Assembly: GCA_051382335.1 (NCBI GenBank)
Contig: JBBCAX010000062.1
Location: 1 to 42,375, forward strand
Length of the DNA: 42,375 bases
Direction: 5' to 3'
Origin: Deltaproteobacteria bacterium TL4
Lineage (GTDB): Bacteria; SAR324; NAC60-12
The translations under genes and the position numbers were made by a program. Each line of letters begins with the position of its first letter. Position 1 is the first letter of the stretch. Positions 20,208 through 30,124 of this stretch are shown here, piece by piece. The notes under the pieces were generated by a model. The model saw only the letters and a program-made list of their open reading frames with translations. It had not been told where the DNA came from and did not search any database.

Positions 20208-22346
20208 ATGTTAGTACCAGCAATTGTCATGTTATGTGTTGGTATCTGTTCTTCAGCCATTTTAGCGTTAGCCGCGAAAATGTTTCATGTTGAAGTCGAT
20301 CCCAGAATCACAGAACTGGAAGAGGCCTTGCCTGGAGCCAATTGCGGAGGCTGTGGCTTCACCGGTTGTTCCGCTTGCGCCGAAGCGATTGTGTTAGGGA
20401 AAGCGCTTTCAAATGCGTGTATTGCGGGTGGGGAAAGTGTCACCGCGAAAGTCGCTCAAATAATGGGCGGTGGCGTCGGATTTTCAGAGCCCAAATTGGC
20501 GTTACATTACTGTAATGGCGGAACTCGGGCTGTACCCAAATACCATTATGAAGGGGTTCAGGACTGTCGGGCGATGTACACTCTGCACGGTGGAGACTTG
20601 ATTTGTAAAGATGGTTGTTTGGGCTTGGGTACTTGTGTTAGAGCCTGTCCGTTTGACGCTCTGAAAATGGGGCATGATGGTCTGCCGGAGGTGATTCCTG
20701 ATAAATGCGTAGGCTGCGGCAATTGTGAGAAAGTATGTCCCACCCAAGTGATTAAAGTTTACAGCAAAACCGAACGATATTTTCGGTTTAATAATGAAAA
20801 TGAATGCCTTCCCCCTTGTACTCAATTGTGTCCGGCACAAATAGATATTCCCGGCTATATTGATCTGGCTTCCAAAGGAAAATACGAAGAGGCTATCGAT
20901 TTAATCAAAGAAAAAAACCCTTTGCCCTTGATTTGCGGAAGAGTTTGTCCGGCCCCTTGTGAGGCGGGATGCCGAAGGGCCATGATTGCCGATGAACCCG
21001 TACACCATAATTATGTGAAACGGTTTGTGGCTGATTGGGAAATGAGCCAACCGGAATTGAAAAAACCAGTCATGCTTCCTGAAAAAGGGAAAAAAGTGGC
21101 TATTATCGGCGGAGGTCCTTGTGGTCTCAGTGCCGCTTATTATTTAAGAATTCTGGGATACGGCGTAACTATTTTTGACTCCAAGCCTGTACTTGGGGGA
21201 ATGCTGCGTTATGGAATTCCAGAATACCGCTTGCCCAAAAAGACGCTTGATTTTGAAATAAAACAAATTGTGAATCTGGGAGTTGAGGTAATTTGCAATT
21301 CGTTTTTGGGAAAAGATCTAACGCTAGCTCAACTGGATCAAGATTTTGACGCGGTTTTGATGGCTATGGGGGCTTGGGATAACACCTCCCTTGATGTTGA
21401 AGGTGAGAATCTTGAAGGGGTTTGGAAAGGTACCGAATTTCTGGAAAAAAGAGAGTTGGGAATCAACATCAGCATGCAAGATAAAAAAGTGGTGGTTGTC
21501 GGCGGGGGCAACACGGCCATGGACGCGTGCCGAACCGCTATCAGACAAGGTGCGAGTGAAGTCATTCTGCTTTATCGCCGTACCAGAAAAGAAATGCCCG
21601 CAAATGCGGTGGAGATCGTTGCCGCTGAACATGAAGGCGTTAAATATCATTTTCTCGCGGCGCCTACACGTTTGATTGGCGACGACAAGGGAAAACTCAA
21701 GCAGATTGAGTTTTTAAAAATGGAACTTGGTGAACCCGATGCGTCAGGGCGACGAAGACCGGTACCCATAAAAGATTCAGAAACCGTGATGGATATTGAT
21801 GTTGTTATTTCCGCTATCGGACAAAAGCCATTGACCGACTGGTACACGGATGATTTGAAAAAACGTGGACTCAGGCTCACCCGATGGAACACCATCGAAG
21901 CTAATGATGAGACGTTGCAATCCGATATTCCGACTATTTTTACCGGAGGGGATCTTTGGACAGGTCCGGCCCTGCTCGTAGATGCGGTGGGCTCCGGAAG
22001 AAGAGCGGCAAGGTCCATTGATCATTTCTTATCAGGGAAAGATATGTCATTCCCGCGAGGAACTTTCAAGAGACCTAAAAAAGTTCCAGCTTCCAAAGAA
22101 GTGCCGGTAAAGGGCGTTGTGATGAAGGCCAAAGTTCCTCAGCCAGAGTTACCTGTTAGCGAGAGAATTAAAACTTTTGAGGAGGTGGACTTGGGGCTTT
22201 CACCGGAGCTAATGCAGGTTGAGGCCGACCGGTGCATGCGGTGTGGAACGCTTTGCTATTTTACGGATCACCAAAAAAATATCAGGGAAAAGCCTAAAAG
22301 CTTTCGTGATAAACTTGAAGAATTATTGACAGTGTCCCCTGCTTAG
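20208..22346 (+). CDS. rnfB: RnfB fused to a GltD/NfnB-like FAD/NAD(P)-dependent oxidoreductase
   Basis: N-terminal anchor, LPGANCGGCGFTGC, CLGLGTCVRACP, CVGCGNCEKVCP. Then PPCTQLCP..ICGRVCPAPCE, IIGGGPCG, GGMLRYGIPEYRLP, VVGGGNTAMD, YRR, and C-terminal RCMRC. Confidence 0.93.
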   Translation: MLVPAIVMLCVGICSSAILALAAKMFHVEVDPRITELEEALPGANCGGCGFTGCSACAEAIVLGKALSNACIAGGESVTAKVAQIMGGGVGFSEPKLALHYCNGGTRAVPKYHYEGVQDCRAMYTLHGGDLICKDGCLGLGTCVRACPFDALKMGHDGLPEVIPDKCVGCGNCEKVCPTQVIKVYSKTERYFRFNNENECLPPCTQLCPAQIDIPGYIDLASKGKYEEAIDLIKEKNPLPLICGRVCPAPCEAGCRRAMIADEPVHHNYVKRFVADWEMSQPELKKPVMLPEKGKKVAIIGGGPCGLSAAYYLRILGYGVTIFDSKPVLGGMLRYGIPEYRLPKKTLDFEIKQIVNLGVEVICNSFLGKDLTLAQLDQDFDAVLMAMGAWDNTSLDVEGENLEGVWKGTEFLEKRELGINISMQDKKVVVVGGGNTAMDACRTAIRQGASEVILLYRRTRKEMPANAVEIVAAEHEGVKYHFLAAPTRLIGDDKGKLKQIEFLKMELGEPDASGRRRPVPIKDSETVMDIDVVISAIGQKPLTDWYTDDLKKRGLRLTRWNTIEANDETLQSDIPTIFTGGDLWTGPALLVDAVGSGRRAARSIDHFLSGKDMSFPRGTFKRPKKVPASKEVPVKGVVMKAKVPQPELPVSERIKTFEEVDLGLSPELMQVEADRCMRCGTLCYFTDHQKNIREKPKSFRDKLEELLTVSPA

Positions 22347-22431
22347 GCTTTGGCTAAAAAGGTTTTCGAAGGATAAATCTTACTTTCTGTTTCGTTGCGC
22401 TTAGATAATTAATCAATTTCAAATAAAGGGA

Positions 22432-24027
22432 ATGACAGTGAAAGGCAAAAAAATTAAAGTCGAAATACTGTTGGGCGTTGCTTTGCTGTTAATATTTGTC
22501 GGTTCGGGAGCTACGATGATGCGCCCTGAGATTGAACCGGATACAATATTAGCCTCACGGTTTGGTGAGGTTTCGTGGAACCATGAGCAACACGCTCGGA
22601 TGAAGGATATCGCCAACTGTACGGTATGCCATCATACGGAAAAACAGGGTAATATGAACCCCAAACCGTGCAAACACTGCCACAAATTGTCAACGAATCA
22701 AGATTCGTTGATCGCTCCTGAATTGTTTATGAAGGTGGAGAAAAAGGAATACGGGGAGGAAAATGGCCCCCCTGTAATGACAGCGCTTCATGGACGATGT
22801 ATGGGATGCCACAAAGTAATGAACAAAGGCCCCATGGGGTGTCGGGATTGTCACAAACAGTCCTTCTCAGGCTCTCAAGGGTTGGTTACGTGGGATCACT
22901 CGACTCATGCCAAAAAAATTGTCATGAATGCTGAGACGGGACTTGAGGGAAACTGTGTCCATTGCCATCATCAGGATAAAAAAGCGGTGACAGACGCCGA
23001 TTACCGTTCCTGTCGGGATTGTCATAAACCGGCGGATGTGATGGGCTTGGAAGCCGCTACAGAAATTAAGTTTAGAGACAAATCAAAAATCGATCCCGCT
23101 AAGTTGACTGGCATAAAATTTCATGCCGAGGCGAAACATGGTGAATGTGAAACGTGTCATGTCGCGTTCAACTTTGAGGATGATTCGGTCCCTTGTCAGG
23201 AATGTCATAAAGGTTGGGTCGTGGATACCAAAGTCAAAAGACCCACTTTGGAACAAGCCATTCACCAACGCTGTTCTGAATGTCACAACAAAGAGTATCC
23301 GCAACTGGCAAACAGAAATTACCCTGGGTACGAAAATCTCATGCCGGTTTATTGTAAGGATTGTCACAAAGCGGATCCTTCCTGGATTTCAGTTTCCGCG
23401 AAAGTGAATATTTTATGGGATCATAAAAAACATGGTGAATTCGGTGACTCAAAAACAACCTGCACCACCTGTCACCATACGGACGTTAAAGACGCGCCGC
23501 ATATGGCCTGTAAAAAGTGTCACGGAACCGGTCTTTTCGATAATCCCTCGGTTGCTGAGGCTTTGGACAAACGCTGTATGGGCTGCCATAAAGAGCAAAA
23601 ATCCGGTTTGACTCAATTCGAAAGCGTGAAAACTGAAAAAGCCAGTTTAAGGATGTTAAAATTTGAAGCAGAGGAAGGAACACTTTGGTGGAACCATCAA
23701 GCTCATGCCATCGGATACTCCTTATCCTGCAGAAACTGCCACCATTCTACCATCAACAAAGAAGGGGTTTACCCCACGGCAGAAAAGGTGAAAGGGGTTT
23801 GGCCCGCTGAAGCAGGATATCTGCAAAGTTGTAGAAACTGTCATGGAGACGCAGGACCTGTGCTGAATAGTGCCGCTCAGGATACCAAAGCACCCATTTT
23901 GAGGGATGTTTTCAAAAAATTATGCATAACGTGCCATCAAAAGCTTGGTGGAGGTCCGCAAACCTGGAAAGATTATTTTACGATAGAACCGGTTGAAAAC
24001 AGTAAACTCACTGTGATTAAGAGGTAA
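22432..24027 (+). CDS. Multiheme cytochrome c (16 CxxCH, cytochrome c3-type repeats; HmcA-like heme count)
   Basis: 16 CxxCH motifs counted by hand; repeated W-x-H-x-x-H segments typical of class III cytochromes; N-terminal signal/anchor helix. Confidence 0.92.
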   Translation: MTVKGKKIKVEILLGVALLLIFVGSGATMMRPEIEPDTILASRFGEVSWNHEQHARMKDIANCTVCHHTEKQGNMNPKPCKHCHKLSTNQDSLIAPELFMKVEKKEYGEENGPPVMTALHGRCMGCHKVMNKGPMGCRDCHKQSFSGSQGLVTWDHSTHAKKIVMNAETGLEGNCVHCHHQDKKAVTDADYRSCRDCHKPADVMGLEAATEIKFRDKSKIDPAKLTGIKFHAEAKHGECETCHVAFNFEDDSVPCQECHKGWVVDTKVKRPTLEQAIHQRCSECHNKEYPQLANRNYPGYENLMPVYCKDCHKADPSWISVSAKVNILWDHKKHGEFGDSKTTCTTCHHTDVKDAPHMACKKCHGTGLFDNPSVAEALDKRCMGCHKEQKSGLTQFESVKTEKASLRMLKFEAEEGTLWWNHQAHAIGYSLSCRNCHHSTINKEGVYPTAEKVKGVWPAEAGYLQSCRNCHGDAGPVLNSAAQDTKAPILRDVFKKLCITCHQKLGGGPQTWKDYFTIEPVENSKLTVIKR

Positions 24028-24034
24028 AAACAAG

Positions 24035-24937
24035 ATGAGCAGTTCGCAAACCAGTGTTACTTCAAAAGCAAAAGGCATGCTCACTGATGTCACAAAATGT
24101 ATTGGCTGTGAGAGATGTGTTGAAGCCTGTGTCAGAATAAATAAATTACCCCGTGATTTTTTGGGTTTCTTTAAGGCGAGTGATGGCTTGTCCGCAAACC
24201 GCTTAACCGCCATCGTAAAAACTCCCGGAACAAAAGCAGGCACTTGGAGGATGGTACGTCGGCATTGTATGCATTGTGTCGAGCCCTCTTGTGCTTCGGC
24301 ATGTCTGGTCGGTGCTTTCAAGAAAACCGAGGATGGGGCTGTGGATTATGATACCTCCAAGTGTATCGGCTGTAGGTACTGCATGCTGGCCTGTCCCTTT
24401 ACCATCCCCCGATATGCTTATGATAAGCCTCTGCCCTACATGCGGAAATGTAAAATGAACGCGGAATGCCGTGTTGAGGGAGGGATGCCCGCCTGTGTCT
24501 CCGCCTGTCCGACTGGAGCCACCGTGTTTGGTCCCAGAGATTTTCTCCTGAAGGAAGCAAAACGCAGAATCAAAGAAAATCCGGAAAGGTATATGGATCA
24601 CATTTACGGAGAAACCGAATTTGGTGGAACCTCCATCATGTATATTTCGGATACTCCCTTGAATCAAGCGATCAAAATGCCCACTAAAGCGGAATTTAAA
24701 AGACTTCGTTTGCCTCAACTGGCTGAAAAGTCCATTCCCTCATTGCTTCATAATTGGGTTTTAGTCACTCCGATTCAGTTTTTTACAGTCATGGCCGGTT
24801 TATGTGGCATTTGGTTTTTTCGAAGGCGGTCCAAGCTGATGAGTGACGCATCAAAAAAGAAGCATGATCCTCAAACTCCTGACTCCAACAAAGACAAAGT
24901 TTCATCAACCCATCATAAAGCAGGAGGGCAAAAATGA
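24035..24937 (+). CDS. Four-cluster FeS protein, HmcB/HybA/FdoH-like, with C-terminal TM helix
   Basis: CIGCERCVEAC, CMHCVEPSCASAC, CIGCRYCMLACP, KC..PACVSACPTGA, YMDHIYGETEFGGT. Confidence 0.9.
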   Translation: MSSSQTSVTSKAKGMLTDVTKCIGCERCVEACVRINKLPRDFLGFFKASDGLSANRLTAIVKTPGTKAGTWRMVRRHCMHCVEPSCASACLVGAFKKTEDGAVDYDTSKCIGCRYCMLACPFTIPRYAYDKPLPYMRKCKMNAECRVEGGMPACVSACPTGATVFGPRDFLLKEAKRRIKENPERYMDHIYGETEFGGTSIMYISDTPLNQAIKMPTKAEFKRLRLPQLAEKSIPSLLHNWVLVTPIQFFTVMAGLCGIWFFRRRSKLMSDASKKKHDPQTPDSNKDKVSSTHHKAGGQK

Positions 24938-26991
24938 GTAAAAATGAATTTGCCCTAAAAGGGATCAAAGATGGATTGTGGGTGTTGACTATCGCTTTTT
25001 TTGTGGTTGGTTTTGGAAGATTTGCCTTTGGCCTTGCGGCAGCAACCAATATGACGGATATGATGCCTTGGGGACTATGGAAAGTCTTCAATATGGTTGC
25101 GGGCGCCGCCCTGGCAACCAGCGGATTTGTTGTTGCCGCAATTATTTATATTTTCCAACTGGATAAATTTCGTTCTGTCGCGCGCTTTTCGATTCTGATC
25201 GGATTTTTGGGATATGGATCCAGTTTGACCGCTCTGTTGTTTGATATCGGAAGTCCTCACAAAGGCTGGCATCCTTTCTTTTTATGGAATGTCCACTCCT
25301 TTCTATTTGAAGTCTTCTGGTGTGTGTCGGTTTATTGGGCGATCACCGCGATTGAATTGCTGCCTATTGTCACCGAAAGACTTCCGTTCCCCAAATTTAC
25401 GCATTTTCTGCATGAAAAGATCCTGCCTTTTGTGGTGTTGGGGGTGACCCTTTCAACCATGCATCATAGTTCGTTGGGGTCTTTATTTTTGGCAACGCCC
25501 ACTCGGCTGCACCCCTTGTGGTACAGCTTATGGATGCCTCCAGAGTTTTTTATCTCCGCGATGGGTGCCGGCTTATCGGTCATTGTTCTGCTGTATATTA
25601 TTGTGAGCTGGCTCTACAAACAGGAACGGGATCTTGAGGTTTTGGGCAGTTTAGCCAAAGGCTCGGTCTTCTTTCTGTCCTTGTACTTTGTTTTGAAAGT
25701 CCTTGATTTCACCAGTAATCAAAAATGGGATTTCGTGTTTGGTCCTGAGCTCACTTGGGAAAGCTATTTATTCCAAATCGAGATGCTGCTTCAAGTGATT
25801 ATTCCCGTAATTGTGCTATCCATCCCTCTTTGCAGAAAAAGCATACCTGGGCTTTTAGTTGGAACGTCGAGCGCATTTTTTGGATTAGTTCTGCATCGGA
25901 TAAACACCGGAATTGTCGGTTATTTCAGCAGTGCCGAATCAATCTATACACCGAATCTGAGCGAGTTCGTTTTGAGTTTCGGAATTCTGGCAGGTGCGGG
26001 ATTGCTCTTTCTTCTTTTGGTGGAACGATTCCATATTTTCAAAGAACCGGAAACCAGTCATGACGGCCATAGCTCCGTTAGCTTGTGGACGAAAGAGGAG
26101 TTCAAAGCCGTGTTTGCCGGGGCTCAAGCCAAGAGAGTCACGAAAATCGGAATGGTTGTGGTTCCCTTGACCTGGTTTGTTTTTCAAGGCCAGTCCACGG
26201 GGCCGTTCAAACCAACACCTCAACCGGTGAATGCCGCTGTTATTGGTTCGGACCTCATGAGATCCGAGTTAAGGATTGACGCCAACAAAAATGGCGATTT
26301 TGTGGTCTTCCCTCATAAAAAACATCAGGAACTCTTCGTCAAAGAATATTCCCTGGAGCAGAAAGAAACGTGTGTGAAATGTCACCACCTGACGCTCCCG
26401 GAAGATAACAACTCCAACTGCCGGGTTTGTCACAAAGATATGGAATTAGATACGGCGTTTTTTAATTATGAAAATCATCGTCAACGCTTTGAGGCCAAAG
26501 AAGAGTATAAAAAATATCTCAATCTCGATTTAAGCAGCAAGAAGAACAACTATAAAGTCTGCATGGACTGCCATAAAGACAATATGAAGGGCCTTGAATC
26601 CTATGCGGCAAAAGGTTTCAATCCTACCTCCCCGGGTTTTAAATACGCGATGCATGGCTCTTGTCAAACCTGTCATCGACTGAGAGAAACCGAGCCCTCA
26701 AAACAGGATAGCACGGGCAACTGTCTGTTCTGTCACCCCATAGGGAAAAAATCACCCAACATGCTTGGTTTACCAGGAATAAAAGTTGAAACCCCTGAAA
26801 AAACAGCAGCGTCCTCAACTTCTGCTGAAACTATGGGTATCGATGAAGAATCCAGTAAAGGCAATGAATCTGAAGCTGATGCCAAAATATCGGGAGGAGA
26901 AGAACCGGTCAACTCTCCTGCCGATGAAATCAAGGTGGACCCGTCAATTAAGGAAGCCCAACATCCAACCAAGGATCCTTCCGACCAGTAG
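24934..26991 (+). CDS. NrfD/HybB/HmcC-family integral membrane protein fused to a C-terminal pentaheme cytochrome c domain
   Basis: ATNMTDMMPWGLW, DIG, SFLFEVFWC, LSTMHHSSLGSL, LHPLWYS. C-terminal CVKCH, CRVCH, CMDCH, CQTCH, CLFCH. 4-bp (ATGA) overlap with the upstream gene. Confidence 0.9.
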   Translation: MSKNEFALKGIKDGLWVLTIAFFVVGFGRFAFGLAAATNMTDMMPWGLWKVFNMVAGAALATSGFVVAAIIYIFQLDKFRSVARFSILIGFLGYGSSLTALLFDIGSPHKGWHPFFLWNVHSFLFEVFWCVSVYWAITAIELLPIVTERLPFPKFTHFLHEKILPFVVLGVTLSTMHHSSLGSLFLATPTRLHPLWYSLWMPPEFFISAMGAGLSVIVLLYIIVSWLYKQERDLEVLGSLAKGSVFFLSLYFVLKVLDFTSNQKWDFVFGPELTWESYLFQIEMLLQVIIPVIVLSIPLCRKSIPGLLVGTSSAFFGLVLHRINTGIVGYFSSAESIYTPNLSEFVLSFGILAGAGLLFLLLVERFHIFKEPETSHDGHSSVSLWTKEEFKAVFAGAQAKRVTKIGMVVVPLTWFVFQGQSTGPFKPTPQPVNAAVIGSDLMRSELRIDANKNGDFVVFPHKKHQELFVKEYSLEQKETCVKCHHLTLPEDNNSNCRVCHKDMELDTAFFNYENHRQRFEAKEEYKKYLNLDLSSKKNNYKVCMDCHKDNMKGLESYAAKGFNPTSPGFKYAMHGSCQTCHRLRETEPSKQDSTGNCLFCHPIGKKSPNMLGLPGIKVETPEKTAASSTSAETMGIDEESSKGNESEADAKISGGEEPVNSPADEIKVDPSIKEAQHPTKDPSDQ

Positions 26992-27289
26992 TTTCGTGTC
27001 GTGTCCCAAGGAGGACAACCTCAAGTTTGGTTGATGGGGCAGAAAATATTAGGTTAATCTTCTCTATAAGAGGCGATCCCCTGAGTCATCAGAATCGTCC
27101 CGGAGGATATTTTTCTTAAAGATTCGATAAAAAGTTGCCAATTGATGGGGAGGCGTCCTTTAGCTTTATTGCCTGATAATAAACCGATGACGGCTATAAA
27201 CTCAGGCTAGGTGCTTAGTTGCAGCGCTTGTTCCACGAGTTTGGTGTAGTCCTCCTGTGAACTTTGGCTCACAACCCGTCTCATAAAAT

Positions 27290-28029
27290 TCATTTTTTCA
27301 GCGTAGGACACAGATCCTTTTCAGTCTCCACTGAGGAAAACTGGAGTTCCAAGATTGAGGCCATCACCGCCATGTTATTTTTAACCCGATGGTGAATTTC
27401 TTTGAGCAGCAATTCTTTCTCTTTGAGAGTGGTCTTGACCTGATCTTCAGCCCGTTTGCGTTTGCTGATATTCGTCAGGGAGAGGCGGAGCTGTGGGGCC
27501 CCCTCTTCCGTCTCCTTGGCCGTCAGACCATTGATCTGGACATAGAAGAGTAGGCCATCTTTCTCTTGAGTTCCAATTCGCACGTTTGCTTTGAGTCGGT
27601 TTCAAAACAACGCTTGTGAAATGCATAATAGTCCTCCGTATATTTAGGGGAAATGAAGCGGGAGAATCCTCTTTTTAACAAGAACTTCCGTGCAATCCCC
27701 AACATCTCCGAGCAAGTCAGGTTGGTCTCAACGATCATTCCTTGTTGATCCAGGGTTAAATACCCCACCGGAGCCAGGTCATACAGATCCACATATTTAT
27801 TTCGTGACGCTTCCAGTTCCGCCTGAACCTGACAAAGTTCTTCATTTTGCAATTCCAGTTCAATTTGATGAACCTGGAGTTCATGCAGCAACGCCCTGAT
27901 CTTTGTGAGTTCCTGTTCAGGTTCGCCAATTGGAGTATCCAGAAGGTTCTCAGACCGTTGGTCGTAGAGCGCTTCCGCCTGTTTTCTCAGGTCACCCGTT
28001 TTTGCTTGAAAAGTTTGTTTTTTCAACAT
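27290..28029 (-). pseudogene. PAS-domain sensor histidine kinase (HisKA_2 type), frameshifted and truncated
   Basis: LHELQVHQIELELQNEEL plus PAS (YDLAPVGY) in 27523-28029. Frame change near 27560 into KDG...KELLLKEIHHRVKNN. No ATPase domain follows. Confidence 0.8.
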
Positions 28030-28050
28030 GGGGCTTCCTTTCAGTTAACG

Positions 28051-29926
28051 CTACTTTTTGGAATGGATACCACGTTCAGTGGTAGCAATGGCTATGGTTT
28101 TTCCCTGATCCTCCACCAAGGGGGTCGCGGTTAAATCTATCTCCACGATCTTGCCCTCTTTGGTCTGGCGCCTGGTCTTAAACGGTTTAAGCTCTTTTCC
28201 TTCCGTCACTTGTTTTATAAAGAACAAGGCTTCTTCAACGTCTTCCTTGGGAATCAGGTCACGAATATTCATTTTCAAGGCTTCCGTTTCACTGTAGCCG
28301 TAGATCCTCAGGGCTCCGTTGTTCCAAGCCGTGATATTCCCTTCCAAATCCAGCACGATGACCGCGTCATTGGAGTCCTTAAGCACGACGCCCAAAAGTC
28401 GGATATTCGCTTCAGAGGCCTTTATTTGGGAAATGTCATTAAAAGTAATCACCACCTCCTCAATGACATGCTCCAAAGTGCGGTAGGGAAAAATTCTCAT
28501 AAAATACCACTGTCCCTCTTTAGTTTCGACTTCCGTTTCCTTAGGGATCAGGTTCGCGACGACTTGTTTCGCGTCTTCGGCCAGACGATCATATTTCAAA
28601 TTAGAAACAACATGGTAGACAGGGCTTCCCACATCGCTCGGAATCAGGTTTATGAGCTTTATCGCCTGAGGGTATATATTGAGGCGATAGGTGTTATTTT
28701 CCCTGGTAAAAAAACGACTCAAGCGGTCTGGCTCCACATCTGTGGAAATACTGGCCGGATAGATCCCCTGACGGGCTGTTTCAATGGCTTCCTCATCAAT
28801 ATCAGTAGCAAAAATCTGAACATTGAGACGCTGACTTAATTCCTCCAGGCACTCTCGCAAGGTAATGGCAATACTGTACGCTTCTTCTCCGGTGGAACAT
28901 CCCGCAATCCACATTCGTACCGTATCCCCCCTCGGGCTTGTCGGCCAACAGTTCAGGCAAAATCTTTTTGCTCAGAACCTTAAAAGCCTCAGGATCTCTA
29001 AAAAAGTTAGTCACTCCAATCAACAGTTCCTTGAAGAGCGTTCCCACCTCAGAAGGGTTCTGTTGAAGATAACGCACATAATGGGAAATATGATCGAGAT
29101 GATGGATATCCATGCGTCGTTCAATACGCCGACAAAGGGTTGTGTCTTTGTACTGTGAAAAGTATGTCCCGTATGCGTTCTGATTAGAATAAAAATCTTC
29201 TGCAAGGCATCCGAAAATTTTTCATCAACAAGGGTAATTTTTGATGTTACCTTTTTAAGGGCATGTCGGGTATAGTTGACCAGCGTCTCTGGCATTTTCT
29301 CCACGGGCAGAATATAGTCCACCACATTCGTCCCTATCGCGCTTTTAGGCATCCCGTCAGACTTGGCCGTCCCGGGATCCTGAACCATCGCCATCCCCAA
29401 TTCCCCCTTGATGGCTTTCAAGCCTAAAGTTCCGTCAGTTCCCATTCCCGAAAGGATGATAACAATGGCCCGCTCTCCCTGATCCTGAGCCAGAGAACGT
29501 AAAAAATAATCCGCCGACATCCTGATGCTTTCATCCTCTTTAGGGTGAATGAGCTGGAGGACCCCAGGCAAAATTCCAATGTAGTTGTTAGGAGGAATGA
29601 CATAGACACAGTTGGGTTGAACCCTCAGGCTATCTTCAATTTGAAAAACCCGCATGGGGGTGAATTTTTGAATGAATGATACTGGTGTGGTTCGGATCCA
29701 GGTGGGAGACCACCACAAAGGCCATGCCGTTCTCAGGGGGCATGTGGGTAAAGAAGTTTTCAAAAGCCTCCAACCCCCCCGCGGAAGCCGCCAGGCCCAC
29801 GACATAAAACATCTCTGCTTTTTTCTCGACAGAAGGCAGGATTCCTTCCATTGGTTTTGTTGGGACAGGCGCGTCCTTTTCAATTTCCTTTTGCGGTGCG
29901 TCTGTCCTCTTTTTCCTGGTTGCCAT
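28051..29926 (-). pseudogene. CheB/CheR-PAS fusion pseudogene
   Basis: CheB (VGLAASAGGLEA, HLDP, ILSGMGTDG, GMPKSAI), CheR (LLIGVTNFFRD, WIAGCSTGEEAYS, FATDID) and PAS segments spread over four ORF fragments. Frameshifts near 29675, 29163 and 28925; internal deletion near 28685. Confidence 0.88.
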
Positions 29927-30124
29927 TCCCAACTTCTCTTTTTGCTGAGTATTTTCTTGAGTTTTCTAAAAATGATTCTTGATCCGGTCAAGCTCCAAAG
30001 GAGCAATCTTCGATAGCCCAGGGCAGCGCCCTGGGTTTTGAAAGGCACCTGTAATAACACGAAATAAAAAGGAACACAATACGCCAAAAAAAACAGTGCC
30101 TCCCTCATCGTGCCCGGATGAGAG

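Noticed and set aside
22432..26991. Calling these genes a complete Hmc complex
   Set aside because: No HmcD/E/F-like genes follow, and both the cytochrome layout and the NrfD-heme fusion differ, so hmc gene symbols were not assigned.
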